A stretch of 64,000 nucleotides of DNA from Octopus sinensis (GCF_006345805.1 NC_043006.1:33666001-33730000); one strand, 5' to 3'. Shown: positions 49,655 through 63,063, numbered from the stretch's first letter. Notes: generated by a model not told the origin, from the letters alone. Numbers and translations are program-made.

Positions 49655-50437
49655 TCATATATATACATATATATGCATACACACACACATATATATATAT
49701 ACACACACATATAGATACATAGTCCAACCCATGTCAGCATGTAAAACAGATTTTAAATGATTATGATAACATATATATATTTATGTACGTGTGCGTGTTT
49801 GTGTGTCCTGACTACTGGTGTTGGTGTGTTTACATCCCCGTAACATGGCAGCAAGGAAGACCAATAAAATAAATACCAGGCTTAGAAAGAAAAAAGTTCT
49901 GGGATCATTTCGTTTGATTAAAATTCTGTAAGGCGTTGCTCCAGCATGGCTGCTGTCTAATGACTAAAACAAGTAAAAAATAAGACTAAAACCATGATTT
50001 CATAAATTTATGAATTTTTCTCAGTGCAGATGTCCTCCCATAGAATTATTCTCAGCACAGATGTCCTCCCATAGAATCTTACACATATTTCGTTCCTGAT
50101 ACTTAAAAGGTTCTCTGCCCTTGATGCGCCTGCAACTTCATTCGAGTGGACAAACAGTTTGGTTTTCATATAGATTTTGTATAACTGCCTACATAGAATA
50201 GACATTACTGTTACCTTAGTTACCAAATACTTAAAGACACCTAACTCATTTATTTACATCCCCCTCCCTCCACTCTCCGTCTCCTTCCATCTTGTTTTCT
50301 TTCTATTTCATCTCAGGTGAGCCAATATCTTCCTCTAAATGATGGTTTCCTCACCAACAACAAAAGCAATGTACAGAGAATATAGCAAATCACCTGCATC
50401 ACCTCCACCATAATCCCTCCAGAAATAACAATAACAA

Positions 50438-50468
<31 letters not shown>

Positions 50469-50588
50469 AATAATATGTGATGCATGTGCCTGGTGTACCC
50501 TTATCAAACGAGTAGTCGTGATGGGTATACTGAGCTTCGTATATTTTACCCCAGGGTCACTTTGATGGCATGCACTGCTCTCTCACTC

Positions 50589-50621
<33 letters not shown>

Positions 50622-51724
50622 AATAATAGTAATGACGGCAACGATGATGATGCTGGTGATGAATAAATAACCATCATCAGACAATCAGATTCCAGATGAA
50701 TCTGATAGACATCTACGGGAATGGATCAATACTGGAAGTATTGGAGAAATTGTCTGACTTTCTCATCTTCTTGCTATTCAACACAGAAATTTAAATTGAT
50801 GACAGCAAAAGAAAAAAAAAAAAAAAGAAATGAGAAAATGGAAAAAAAAAAAAAGGAAAAATATTAGAAGAGTATTTAGTTATGATCTTTTTCTATTTTT
50901 GTTCCTTTCCCCCCCCCCCCACCTCTCCTTCATTGATCTACAGGCTATAATATTGATCTATCGATCAATCTGCAATTGATGAAGCAGGTGCTTGCTGCAG
51001 ATTTAGGCCTGCTTCAGTTCCAGCTACAGACATGCACAAACATCTGGTGTTTGTGGAAATGATGATGATGATGATGACGACGATGAGTTAGCAATGGAGG
51101 TGTGGTGGTGGTGATTATAACTGAGGTGGTGGAGGTTATGTTGATGATGATGATCATGACCATGGCAGTACTTGTAGTGATGGCAGTGGTAGTGGTGGTG
51201 GTGGTGGTAGTGATGCTGACCACAGTGATGACAGTGTCGATATTATGACTCCAATTGATGGTAACAAAGGTGGTTAAGTGATGATGTTTGTATTGACGAT
51301 GGTCGTAGTGGTGATGGTGGTGAATCACAAAGGTGGTAGTGATGTTAAGAGGGAGTGGCAGTTATGTTAATGATGACAGCAACGATAATGGTAATTGTGG
51401 TGGTGGTGGCGGTGAAGAGGACAATGGCGGTCAAGTCGTGTATGATTAATATTCATTGCTGCAGTGCATAGCTGCATGCACCATTATTTGTCAGTCCCTG
51501 CTTCGGTCATTTCGGACTTCCCCCACCCCGCCACCTCCAATCAGTGTCCCAGTTAGTTCCCATCTCTGTGCAGTACTTCCTTGTCTTCCATGATCCTGAG
51601 GCATGTGGCTGACCAACATAAACCGTCGTCAACCCCAACAGGATCCTCAGAGAAGAGAACATGGTACCCAGGGTTATGGTGACAAATCTAAACCTATGCA
51701 AATGTATATCTATTTATCTTCTGT

Positions 51725-52095
51725 CTTTTTCTTGCTTCAGTCATTGGACATGGCCATGATGGGGCACCACCTTGAAGGTCTTTTTTTTTGAGCAAATCAA
51801 CCCGGTACTTGTTTTCAAGCCTTGTTCTTACTTTGTCGGTCTCTTCTGCCAAGCCATTAAGTTATGGGGACATAAACAAAACTACATCAGTTATCAAATT
51901 GTTGGGCAGGAAAATACAAGGACACACTCACACACACTTGTACACATGATGGGCTTCCACACAGTTTCTATTTACCAAATTTATTCACAAAGCATTTGTT
52001 GACCCTGGGCTAGACAGGGTCCAAGGTGCCACATGGTGGGATTGAACTGAAAACCATGTTACTGCATCGCAAGCTTCTCAACCACACAGCCATAC
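51725..52095 (-). mobile_element. Degenerate SINE family A
   Basis: Reverse-complement head and tail motifs. Confidence 0.8.
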
Positions 52096-52530
52096 AAAAC
52101 ATGGAAAATATGTGGAAGCCTATGAAAAAGCAACAAAAACCCAATTGCCATTTCAGTTACATATATAGTGTGACATACAGTAGCAATTACTGATGGCTTC
52201 CAGAAAAAAGATATATCTTCAGTTGTTGCTTAACCCTGGTCAACTTTGATCCAGTAAACCTTTGACCAAGCCATTTAAGATATGATCACTATGCCATTTT
52301 TCTAAGCATATGAACTACAAGTATGAGACGTTTTGGCACAGCCATTTTGGTGCAACTTTGTGTTGCTGATTTGATGCCATCAGAAAGCTACCAGGCTGAG
52401 ACTTCTATGCCACTGTTACCCATTTCCTTGTACGTACTCTATGAAAATGTATTGAAGAATTCTTTAGTTTCAGATTGAATTGTTTTTATTATACTTTGGC
52501 ATTAAAACAAACATTAAGATTAAGCAACAC

Positions 52531-52740
52531 AGACATCTGAGGAAAGCCATCGAGGAAATAAGCACAGCAGCTGAAACTAGCTCAAGATGGCTGTGGATGA
52601 TAAGAGACTGCAAGTGGAACCTTTCCATAGGTGAAGACTAGCTTAGTCCTCTCTGCTCCACCCAGGTGAAGTGTACAGGCTAAGGGTGAGGTGAAACTCT
52701 TTCGACCCTGAAGGGTTTCCAGCATTGCAGTCGATTTAGA
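52531..52740 (+). mobile_element. 3' end of a HERO-like (RLE-clade) non-LTR retrotransposon
   Basis: RHLRKAIEEISTAAETSSRWLWMIRDCKWNLSIGED* (52531-52641) fits the pattern 'AIKELSEAAERxSxWLWxxRxxxW'. Confidence 0.65.
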
Positions 52741-52884
52741 AAGGCTTGCAAAACCTTTGATTAGCTCCTGCAGCTTCTGGCAAAGCATCTTTCAACTAAT
52801 TCATATGTAAATTCCATAATGTTCTGTTGCCCTGAAGATATTTCACTCAAGATCTTCAAAATGCAAACTTATTTTATAATATAG

Positions 52885-53045
52885 TGTTGCCAGTACTGCC
52901 AGGCTGGATCCCATGCAGGCAGCACGTAAGAAACACCTTTTGAGCGTGGTTGTTGCCAGAACTGCTTGACTAACCCTCGTGCTGGTGGCATGTAAAAGCA
53001 CCCACTACACTCTCGGAGTGGTTGGCATTAGGAAGGGCAGCCAGA
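52885..53045 (+). mobile_element. SINE family C fragment
   Basis: gtaaaagcacccactacactctcggagtggttggcattaggaagggca. Confidence 0.8.
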
Positions 53046-53906
53046 TCATATTATATATGTATATATACACACACACATACACAGCAAATATTGAAGAAAG
53101 GTGTTAGCAAATCATTTTAATATGAATATTCTTTTAATGCTAAATCATTTTAAAATGAATTGCTAACTCCATTCTTTGATATTTGACATTATACATTTTC
53201 TATAGATATTTGAGGAGTTTCATATAATCTGAATTGTAGAGTGAAAAAGTTTTCTACTTCTCAATCTTCAGATAGCCAGTATCTGTAGAAGTGCTTCATG
53301 TGGTGGTTATATACCCCAATTCACTTGCTACGTGTGAGTGTGTGTGTGTGTGTGCACGCACATGTGCACAAAAGGCATTTATGATAAATTTATATTTTAT
53401 TTCATATTCTTTTAATTGCTTCAGACATTTGACTGTGGCTATGCTGGAGCACTACTTTAATTCCATAAATTCATATCAGCTGAAAAAGGTTTCTTTTATT
53501 GTCTCATTCCTTCCTGCTGGAATACAACCAGAGACTTAAAATAATAAAGTGAAAGGTGTCCACCAAACATCTTGACCCACTAATTCAACAGGTTAGCAAA
53601 TGTTTATAGCTTAACGAGGCAATAAACACTTAGATTTATGGTAGGGAGGACAATGGAACTGAGATTGTGTAACATTCATGCCTCCTGGTTACAAGATTTA
53701 TTGCGCCCTGCCCTGCCGGGGGGGGGGGGGGCTCATCCTCTTTCCTAAGTGGTTAACTATAATTAGAAAGTTGATAAACAATGGTTTTAAAATAGCTACA
53801 CTCCCTCATGAAGTAGCAAATCTAGGTGAAGTGTGTGTGTGTGTGTGCACTCAGTAAATGAATAGATGCACACTCGGGCATTAAGTTTTTTTTATATATA
53901 TATATA

Positions 53907-54108
53907 TTCTTTTATTTGTTTCATTCATTTGACTGTGGCCATGCTGGAACACCACCTTTAGTCGAACAAATCGATGTCAGAACTTATTCTTTGTAAACCT
54001 AGTACTTATTCTATCTGTCTCTTTTGCTGAACCACTAAGTTACAGGGACGTAAACACACCAGCATCGGTTGTCAAGCAATGCTGGGGGGACAAACACACA
54101 CACATATA
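53907..54108 (-). mobile_element. SINE family A, 3' half
   Basis: Reverse-complement tail up to the internal CA/TA repeat. Confidence 0.88.
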
Positions 54109-54110
54109 TA

Positions 54111-54275
54111 CAGGGTGCATAAGGTATTTGAGGACATACCCTTATTGGGTCATTGCTGCATTTTCTGTTAACTCTGTATAATCTTTGTTTCAGAAAATAA
54201 TAATGGCAGACCCTCAGCTTACCCAAGAGAGGAAGCGATATGCTGTTATTGTGGTTATAAAGGTTGAGCAAAGGC
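54111..54275 (+). mobile_element. Tc1/mariner left end with transposase start
   Basis: TA|cagggtgc terminus. MADPQLTQERKRYAVIVVIKVE resembles Tc1-like N-termini. Confidence 0.55.
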
Positions 54276-54306
54276 TTCAAATATATAATAGAGAAATAGT
54301 TCTTAA

Positions 54307-54526
54307 CCCTTTCGATATCAATCTGACTGAAACCGCTTCTGGATCTGAGTACAAATATCATGTTTTCAAAAGTCTTGAATTAAAATCTTCCACCTAACCT
54401 TAGTCACAATTTATGTTCCTAACACTAGCTTAATGATAATTAAGTTATTTTACTAAATTCTTTGTTATATTTAAAGTAACTGAAAAAAACAAAGAGCATC
54501 TCAAAATAAATACAATAACAAAAGGG
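54307..54526. mobile_element. piggyBac-type MITE
   Basis: TTAA TSD at 54303-54306 and 54527-54530. TIRs ccctttcgatat / ataacaaaaggg. Confidence 0.75.
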
Positions 54527-54569
54527 TTAAACTCTCTGAAGAATAACTTGAAAGAAATAACACACATAG

Positions 54570-54990
54570 ACGCAGGAGTGGCTGTGTGGTAAGTAGCTTG
54601 CTAACCAACCACATGGTTCCGGGTTCAATCCCACTGTGTGGCATCTTGGGCAAATGTCTTCTGCTATAGCCCTGGGCCGACCAATGCCTTGTGAGTGGAT
54701 TTCATAGACGGAAACTGAAAGAAGCCTGTTGTATATATGTATATATATATATGTGTGTGTGTATGTGCGTGTGTTTGTGCGTCTGTGTTTGTCCCCCTAG
54801 CATTGCTTGACAACCGATGATGGTGTGTTTACGTCCCCGTCACTTAGCGGTTCGGCAAAAAGAGACCAATAGAATAAGTACTGGGCTTACAAAGAATAAG
54901 TCCCGGGGTCAATTTGCTCGACTAAAGGCGGTGCTCCAGCATGGCCGCAATCAAATAACTGAAACAAGTAAAAGAGAGGATAAAAGAGAT
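54570..54990 (+). mobile_element. SINE family A, full length and low divergence
   Basis: Complete head (gcaggagtggctgtgtgg ... ggttcaatccc), body and tail. Confidence 0.92.
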
Positions 54991-55321
54991 ACATAATATT
55001 TATATTTATATCAAAAAGAGTTCTGGATTTCCTTGTAATATTTGAGATCAAGGTCACATTAAGGCATTGTTGTAGGGAATTAGTAATAATGGTACACCCC
55101 TCCCACATGATGAATGGAACAACCTAGTCACTGTAAGTAAAGAGAAGTATGTGAAGTACCGGAGTACGTAGTAGGCGATCAGAGATAGTTGTGTTTTTAC
55201 TGGTTTTACTAAGTATACAGTATACCAAAGTGGGAGTTATAACAATCCAGCATTCTAAGGGTTATAACAAGCCCTAAGCACAATCCCATGGTAATGTAAA
55301 ATACTGCAGCTAGAATTTAGT

Positions 55322-55640
55322 GAAGCTATGTAGCTTAGTGGTCAGGGTGTTCAGCTCATGATCATAAGGTCCTGAGTTCAATTCCCAGCAATGTGTTCTG
55401 TTCTTGAGCGAGACACTTTATTTCACATTGCTTCAGTCCACTCAGCTGGCAAAAATGGGTGTATCTGTATTTGAAAGGGTCAGTCTTGTCATATTCTGTG
55501 TCATACAGAATCTCCCTGAAAACTGGGTTGAGGGTCCATATGTCTGTGGGGTGCTCAGCCAGTTGCACAATTTCCCGATCAGGTTGTTCTGTTGAGTGGA
55601 TCAACTGGAACCCTCGTCGTGGTAACCAACTGAGAGCCAG
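55322..55640 (+). mobile_element. SINE family F, full length
   Basis: Colinear with 21660-21985. A and B boxes present. Confidence 0.85.
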
Positions 55641-55777
55641 CATAACTAAAAATCTAAAATTTAGTTTTCTTCAAGGCCATATCCCAGATGACACAAGCCA
55701 GACTCCATATTTATATTAAACATGACTTATTTTTAAAATTCAATTTAATTTCGTTTTATTTAACATTGTGTGAATAA

Positions 55778-57400
55778 GTGCAGGAATGGCTGTGGTTTAG
55801 AATTTTGCTTTGCAACCATGTGGTTTTGGTTCATATTGTATAGATAGCCATACGCTGACAAATGCCTTGTGAATGAACTTGGTAGAAGACGGAGACTATG
55901 TGAAAACCAGTCATGTGTGTGTGTGTGTGTCTACTGCTTCACAACCAGTGTTGTTTTGTTTACATTCTCATAACTTAACAGTTTGACAAAAGTGATTAAC
56001 AGTATAAGTACAGGATTATTAAAACAAAAATAAGTACTGGGATTGATTAGCTTGCCACAGCATGGCCACAGTCCAATAACTGAAACAAGTAAAAGAGATA
56101 AAGCAACAAAACCAAACCAATATAAACAAATTATTTTCTTAAAACTGGGGCAACAGGAAAAAAAATATAATTCTTTCACTGAGATTCAGGTTCAGTTGCG
56201 CCATTTGTATCATAATAAAGTCCAGTTCATGTGCCCTTGTCCCTTGAAGCCCAAAGCATGTACACTGACTTAATCTGGGTTTGCATAGGGTCCTAAGGTA
56301 CCCCCTGCCCTGCCATCCCCTGCAGTCTTTTGTCTTCAGATAATGCAGGTCAACATGTGTTGAAGTAATCCTTCTCCAAACATAGTATTTAACTTGGTTC
56401 TGAAACTGTGTGTGACCTATATTTCCTTGCATCGCCATGTGCCCTATACCTACATCACAAGACTATAATTTAATTATAACCAGTTGTTATGTGTGTGGCG
56501 TGAGTGTTTGTGTGGAGGGGTGTAATAGGACGAGAATGAGACAGTATATATATGTATGTACTTTGATCATGTGATTAAATAAGAGAGACACATGGCTTCT
56601 AGGAGAGTTAATAAATGAGGGTGTATGCGTGTATGAATATATAAATATGCACTCATAAATATTCATGTATGTACTTATGTGGCTTTTTTCCATCCCATGT
56701 GGTATCATATATGTAATCCTCCATTTAGTGAGCCTAAGCTGTGTTAGTATATTTATGTGCAGGCGTGGGCTGTGTGGTAACAAGCTTGCTTCACAACTAC
56801 ATGGTTCCAGGTTCAGTCCAACTGTGTGGAACCTTGAGCAAGTGTCTTCTACTATAGCCTTGGGCCAACCAAAGGCTTATAAAGAATTAGCCCTGTGGTC
56901 GGTTTGTTTGACTAAAAGCAGTGCTCCAGCATGGCTGCAATCAAAGAGCTGAAACAATTAAAAGTATGTGTTTGTATGTTTATGTGTAGGTGCAGGAGTG
57001 GCTGTGTGGTAAGTAGCTTGCTTCCCAACCACATGGTTCCAGGTTCAGTCCAACTACATGGCACCTTGGGCAAGTGTCTTCTACTATAGCCTTGGGCCAA
57101 CCAAAGCCTTGTGAATGGATTTGGTAGACGGAAACTGAAAGAAGCCTATCAAATGTGTCTGTGTGTGTGTGTGTGTATACGTGTGTGTGTGTATTTATAC
57201 CCCACCACCACCGACAAACCAGTGTTGGTGTGTTTATGACGATGTAACTTAGTGGTTTGGTAAAAAGAGACTGATATATTAAGTGACATGCTTTATAAAA
57301 AAAAATGTTAAGTCCTGGTGTTGATTCAATCGACTAAAACACTTCAAGGCAGTGCTCCAGCGTGGCCACAGTCTAATGAGTGAAATAAGCAAAAGATACT
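55778..57400 (+). mobile_element. Three SINE family A copies (55778-56100, 56757-56960, 56988-57400)
   Basis: Family head and tail motifs. Confidence 0.8.
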
Positions 57401-57769
57401 AGATAAAACGATATATTGTGTTAGTATGTTATGTTGTGTGTGTATTAGTATGTTTATAAGTATGTATGTGTGTATGTTTATGTGTGCCTATGTGTGTGTT
57501 TGTTTGTTGAAGTGGGAGTGAGGCATGTGAGCATCGATGCATGCATAATCGTGTATGCAGTGTTTGTTTACATAACAGATGCAGATGTACATAAGGGGGT
57601 GTGTGTTCTGAGCAGCAGTGCACATCCGTATGTCTATAGGTAAGCTTATAAAATATATTTGTGCATGTGAAGGGTGTGTGTGAGTGAGAGGGAGGGAGAA
57701 ACAGAAAGAGAGTAAGAAAGAGACATGTGGCTGTCTCTGAACTTATGTGAATAGAGACATGTGAATATT

Positions 57770-58250
57770 CTGTACATAAGTGTATGTGTGGGTGTTTGTT
57801 TGTGTGGGTGGGTGTGTGTGTGTGTGTATGTTTATGTGGGTGTGTGTGTGTGGGCGCGTGTGCATGCGATTGTGTGTGTATGTATGTGTATGTGGATATG
57901 AATGTGTTTGTGTGTGTATGTATGTGTATGTGGGTGTGTTTGTATGCGAATGTGCATGTGTTTGTGTGTGTGTGTGATTGCGTATGTGGGTATGTGTTTG
58001 TATGTGTGTGTGTATGTGTTTGTGTGTGTGGGTGTGTTTGTGTATGTGGGTGTGTTTGCATGCACGTTTGTGTATGTTTATGTATATGGGTGTGTGTGTG
58101 ATTGCGTATGTGGGTATGTGTTTGGATGTGTGTGTGCTTGTGTGTGTGTGTATGTGTTTGTGTATGTGGGCGTGATTGCATGCATGTTTGTGTATGTTTA
58201 TGTATATGGGTGTGTGAGTGTGCGTGTTTGTGTATGTGGGTGTGTGTTCA
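57770..58250. repeat. Degenerate (TG)n-rich tract with internal duplications
   Basis: gtgattgcgtatgtgggtatgtgtttg and gtttgtgtatgtttatgtatatgggtgtgtg are each duplicated. Confidence 0.9.
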
Positions 58251-58329
58251 TAGGATTGAGCGAACACCGATCTGTGTAAGAGAGCCAGAAAAGGCATATC
58301 AGATGAATGGAAGAGTGCATGGGTTCTTT

Positions 58330-58705
58330 CACTCTTTTATTTGTTTCAGTCATTTGACTGCGGCCATGCTGGAGCACCACCTTTAGCTGAACAAACCGAC
58401 CCCAGGACTTATTCTTTGTAAGCCTACTACTTATTCTACCGGTCTCTTTTGTTGAACCGCTAAGTTACAGGGACATAAACACACCAGCATTGGTCATCAA
58501 GTGATGGTGGGGGGACAAACACAGACACACAAACACACACATGTACGACGGGCTTCTTTCAGTTTCCATCTACCAAATCCACTCACAAGGCTTTGGTTGG
58601 CCTGATGCTATAGTAGAAGACACTTGCCCAAGGTGCTATGTAGTGGAATTGAACCTGAAACCATGTGGTTGGTAAGCAAGCTACTTACCACACAGCCACT
58701 CCTGA
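58330..58705 (-). mobile_element. SINE family A, full length
   Basis: Complete reverse-complement match. Confidence 0.9.
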
Positions 58706-59040
58706 CTAGGTAAAAAATTTGCTTCACAATCATGAGATCACAGGTTCTGTCCTACTGTACAGCTTCTTGAGCTCGTGTCATAGCCTCAAGTCAACTCATG
58801 GAAACTGTACAGAAGCCTGTTGTCTGGAATCAGTGTGTGTGCATGTTAATGTCTTGTTTTTACAGTATGTGATTGTTGTAAATGAGCATCACTGTCATAT
58901 AAGCGGTGTCCATTGTTTGCAGTCTCCCAAGAAAACATTGATTGGCTGTGGGAAATTATTACTTTACTTAGAAACAGTTCAAACTATGTCAGCATGGGAA
59001 ACAGATATTAAATAATGATGGTGCTGATGATGATGTGGTA

Positions 59041-59336
59041 TCTCTATATATATAAAACTGAGAATGTGTGTCTGTCTGTCTGTGTGTTTCCCTAAAACTT
59101 GAGAACTACACAACCAATTTCATTCAAATTTACACATGCCTTACTTAGGGTCCGCGGAGTGTTATCGTCAAAAAAAATTTTTAACTTTCTGCCTAAGGTG
59201 AGTTCACAGCAATATCATATCTTCTCCACTATGATTCCCTAAAACTTGAGAACTACACAACCAATTTCATTCAAATTTTACACATGCCTTACTTAGGGTC
59301 CATGTAGTTTCATGGGCAAAAAAAAATGACCAATTT

Positions 59337-59340
<4 letters not shown>
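59041..59340 (+). mobile_element. Helitron-like 5' module with an internal ~66-bp duplication
   Basis: A|TCTCTATATATATAAAACTG start resembles 43502. Duplicated ttccctaaaacttgagaactac...cttagggtcc. No 3' hairpin-CTAG seen. Confidence 0.6.
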
Positions 59341-59377
<37 letters not shown>

Positions 59378-59638
59378 TGATAAAACGGTAAGATAATGTT
59401 TCATAACGTTTTCAAATAGCCAGATAACCGAAGAGATGGTGTTGTGGATTTCCACTTCGGCATCTGAAACTCAGAGTTTTATCTTGACTACCGAGTAATG
59501 TAACATATTGTATAGATATATATATATATGTATGTGTTTTTCAGGTCTAGTTATTCATTATTCTTAAACTAGCATAGTATCGACAGGAACTTTGAAGTTT
59601 TGGCCAGTTAAGCTATCATATGTATATGTACATACATA

Positions 59639-59874
59639 TTGGGTTGGTGCATAATTATTGCAGCTTTTTTCCAACAAAAACAATAACATCATGTAACAAA
59701 AACATCTTTGAATGATTATTCCGGAGCATATCCACCATCTTCTTCAATTAGCGCTTCCCATTTGCTTGGCAGACGATCAGACTGTCATTTAAAGATGTTT
59801 TTGTTAAACACTGTTATTGTTTTTGTTGAATAAAATTTGTTGGAAAAAAGTTGCATTAATTATGCACAACTCAT
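59639..59874. mobile_element. Mariner MITE (Hsmar1-like TIR)
   Basis: TA flanks. TIR ttgggttggtgcataattattgc. Minus-strand transposase end DRLPSKWEALIEEDGGYAPE*. Confidence 0.85.
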
Positions 59875-60248
59875 TATATATATATTGTGTGAGTGTGTGT
59901 GTGTGTGTGTGTACATACACATGTACGCATTCACACAGCTATGTATATATATTTAGAAAAGCAGTTAAGTTCAGACTTACGATATAACATAATACATATA
60001 ATATACATTATCACATTCTTGTTCATTCAAACAATTTACATATTCAGTGTAAGATAATAGTAATATCAACATCAACACAACACAGACTTGATCCACACAC
60101 ACACATTCAAGCAGTCAGCTGTATAAGTCTATACAATGATATATTTGGTACAACAAATATTACTTGACAATGATAATGTCAGTGACGTGATAGTGTCTAG
60201 TTCTCTCTCTCTCTGCTTTTTTTTTTTGCTGTTATCAGCAATCATGTC

Positions 60249-60254
<6 letters not shown>

Positions 60255-60281
<27 letters not shown>

Positions 60282-61458
60282 CATTTGTCGTCATCATTGT
60301 CGTCGTTTAACATCCACTTTCCATGCTGGCATGGGTTGGATGGCTTGATTGAAGGCTGGGAAGCCAGAAGGCTGCACCAGGCTCAATCATATCTGGCAAA
60401 TTTTCTACTGCTGGATGCCCTTCCTAACACCAGCCACTCCAAGAGTGTAGTGGGTGCTTTTTACATGCCACCGGCATGGGAGCCAATCCATGGTCCTGGC
60501 AACGATTACGCTTGGATGTGCTATTAACGTTCCACTGGCACGAGTGCCTGCTATTTATAAATATTCAACTGACCCCTGTAGGCATCCCTTTGAAAGTGTG
60601 GACATACACAATCACAAAGGCTGATTGCAAGAGATTGTTTTTTGTAATTCTTTTACTTGTTTCAGTCATTTGACTGAGGCCATGCTGGAGCACTGCCTTT
60701 AGTTGAACAAATCGACCCCAGGACTTATTCTTTGTAAGCCTGGTACTTATTCTATCAGTCTCTTTTGCCAAACCATTAAGTTACAGAGACATAAACACAC
60801 CAACATTGGTTGTCAAGTGATGGCAGGGTACAAACACTGACACACACACAATACACACATATATATATATACAATGGGCTTCTTTCAGTTTCTGTCTAAC
60901 AAATTCACTCACAAGGCTTTGGTTGGCCCAGGGCTATAGTGGAAGACACTTGTGCAAGGTAGATACGTGTTGGATGCCAGTGTCACGTAGCTGGCCTGTT
61001 GAAAATGCTCTTCAGTCGTTGGGTGAGATGCTGTGCTTGTGAAGACCATCCAAACTGAATGAAATTATAATCGTGGCCGACACCAGTGCCATCTGACTGG
61101 CACCCGTGCCAATGGTACGTAAAAAGTACCGTTCGAGTGTTGGGTCTCGACAAGGTAGTGACAGCTGACTGAAATCTTTGCTGACATACTGTGCTTGTGT
61201 TGACCTGTCAAACCAAGTGAGACCGTAGTCGTGGCAGATGCCAGTGTCAGGTCAATGGCACCTGTGCCAGTGGCACATAAAAGTACACACACTACCCTCT
61301 CGGAGTGGTTGGCAGTAGGAAAAGCACCCAGCTGTAGAAACCTTACCAAATCAGATTGGAACCTGGTGTAGCTCCCCCCCTCCTCAGCTTACCAGTTTTC
61401 AGTCAAACCGTCCAACCCATGCCAGCATGGAAAGCAGACATTAAATGATGATGATGAT
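60255..61458. mobile_element. SINE cluster: C (-, 60255-60545), A (-, 60648-60960), long C (+, 60970-61458)
   Basis: Diagnostic motifs. Confidence 0.85.
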
Positions 61459-61934
61459 TGAACAAACATATTGGTTCCCAGAGCTTCCGTGTGACATAGT
61501 GTCTTGTAGGGTTTTCTCCCTTAGTCTCTGGTTTTAATAAAAGTCTAAAATCACTGGAAAATGGTCTATGTAAGGAAGAGTATCTATCACCCTGGGGCAC
61601 AGGTATATACATACTTGATACATAAAACAAATACAAACAGCTGTATGTTTAAGTTTATATACAATAATATTATTCAATAAAGCAAATATTTTTATACATA
61701 CATATATACACAAATGCACCATGTATGAATAAATTATGTGTGTGTGTGTGTGTGTGTATCAATACATATGACTACTATTAGTCATCAGTTGTTCTAATCC
61801 TTATTCTTACAATCATCATCAGCATCATCATCATCAATACTCTCTACACCTGTTTTACACCTGGACATATTATAGTCCGAATTTGTTCACCAGATTTCGT
61901 GTACTTTTTATTTTCTAAAGTGCATATACATGTC

Positions 61935-61966
<32 letters not shown>

Positions 61967-62039
61967 CACGCAAAAATAAACATGCATTGTTACAAAATAT
62001 TTTATTGATTCATCAAACAAAATAGCTAATACATATGTC

Positions 62040-62165
<126 letters not shown>

Positions 62166-62402
62166 TTGTGTGAAAGAGCACGAATGTGGTGTTTGCTGTA
62201 TCTTTGAAATGGTGAGTCATACAAAGCAAGAAGCTAAATCCTTGCGAATTGTCTTTCAATCTCCAAATGAAGCCATTTTGTTTGTGTTCCTTATGTCCTC
62301 CTAAAACAGCTTAAATATCATAAAATCTTTTTGTTTTGTCAGCTCCCTCAATCTGTAACATCAGGTAACTCCCCAACACATAGATGAGATTAAATGCTCC
62401 AT

Positions 62403-62428
<26 letters not shown>

Positions 62429-62438
<10 letters not shown>

Positions 62439-62740
62439 AATTAAGGACTGAACACGAAAAAGTGGACAGTCAACATGCTAGATATAGACGTCAAATCGCC
62501 ATTCTCCACAAAAAGTCTATGTTCTCAGATCAAACTCAACACAAAACCAAAACAATAAACAAGTGAAAAATATACGGGGTAAATATTTATTTCGTATATT
62601 TTTCACTTGTTTATTGTTTTGGTTTTGTGTTGAGTTTGATCTGAGAACATAGACATTTTGTGGAGAATGGCGATTTGACGTCTATATCTAGCATGTTGAC
62701 TGTCCACTTTTTCGTGTTCAGTCCTTAATTGGTATATATA
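62429..62740. repeat. Near-perfect long inverted repeat (148-bp arms, 16-nt loop)
   Basis: 62429-62576 is the reverse complement of 62593-62740. One mismatch seen. Confidence 0.95.
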
Positions 62741-62827
62741 AATATTTTAATCTTCGGATTCTTTCTTTAATATGCTAGACCACTGGTTCTAATTGATAAA
62801 TATCAATTTTTACCCTAAATTTAATGT

Positions 62828-62876
<49 letters not shown>

Positions 62877-62879
<3 letters not shown>

Positions 62880-63063
62880 GTGGCTGTGTGGTAAGAAGCT
62901 TGCTTCCCAACCACATGGTTCCGGGTTCAGTCCCACACATGACATCTTGGGCACGTGTCTTCTACTATAGCCTCGGGTGAACCAAAGCCTTGGGAGAAAA
63001 TTTGGTAGGCAGAAACTGAAAGAAACTTGTCATATATACATACATATACATATGTATATAAAT

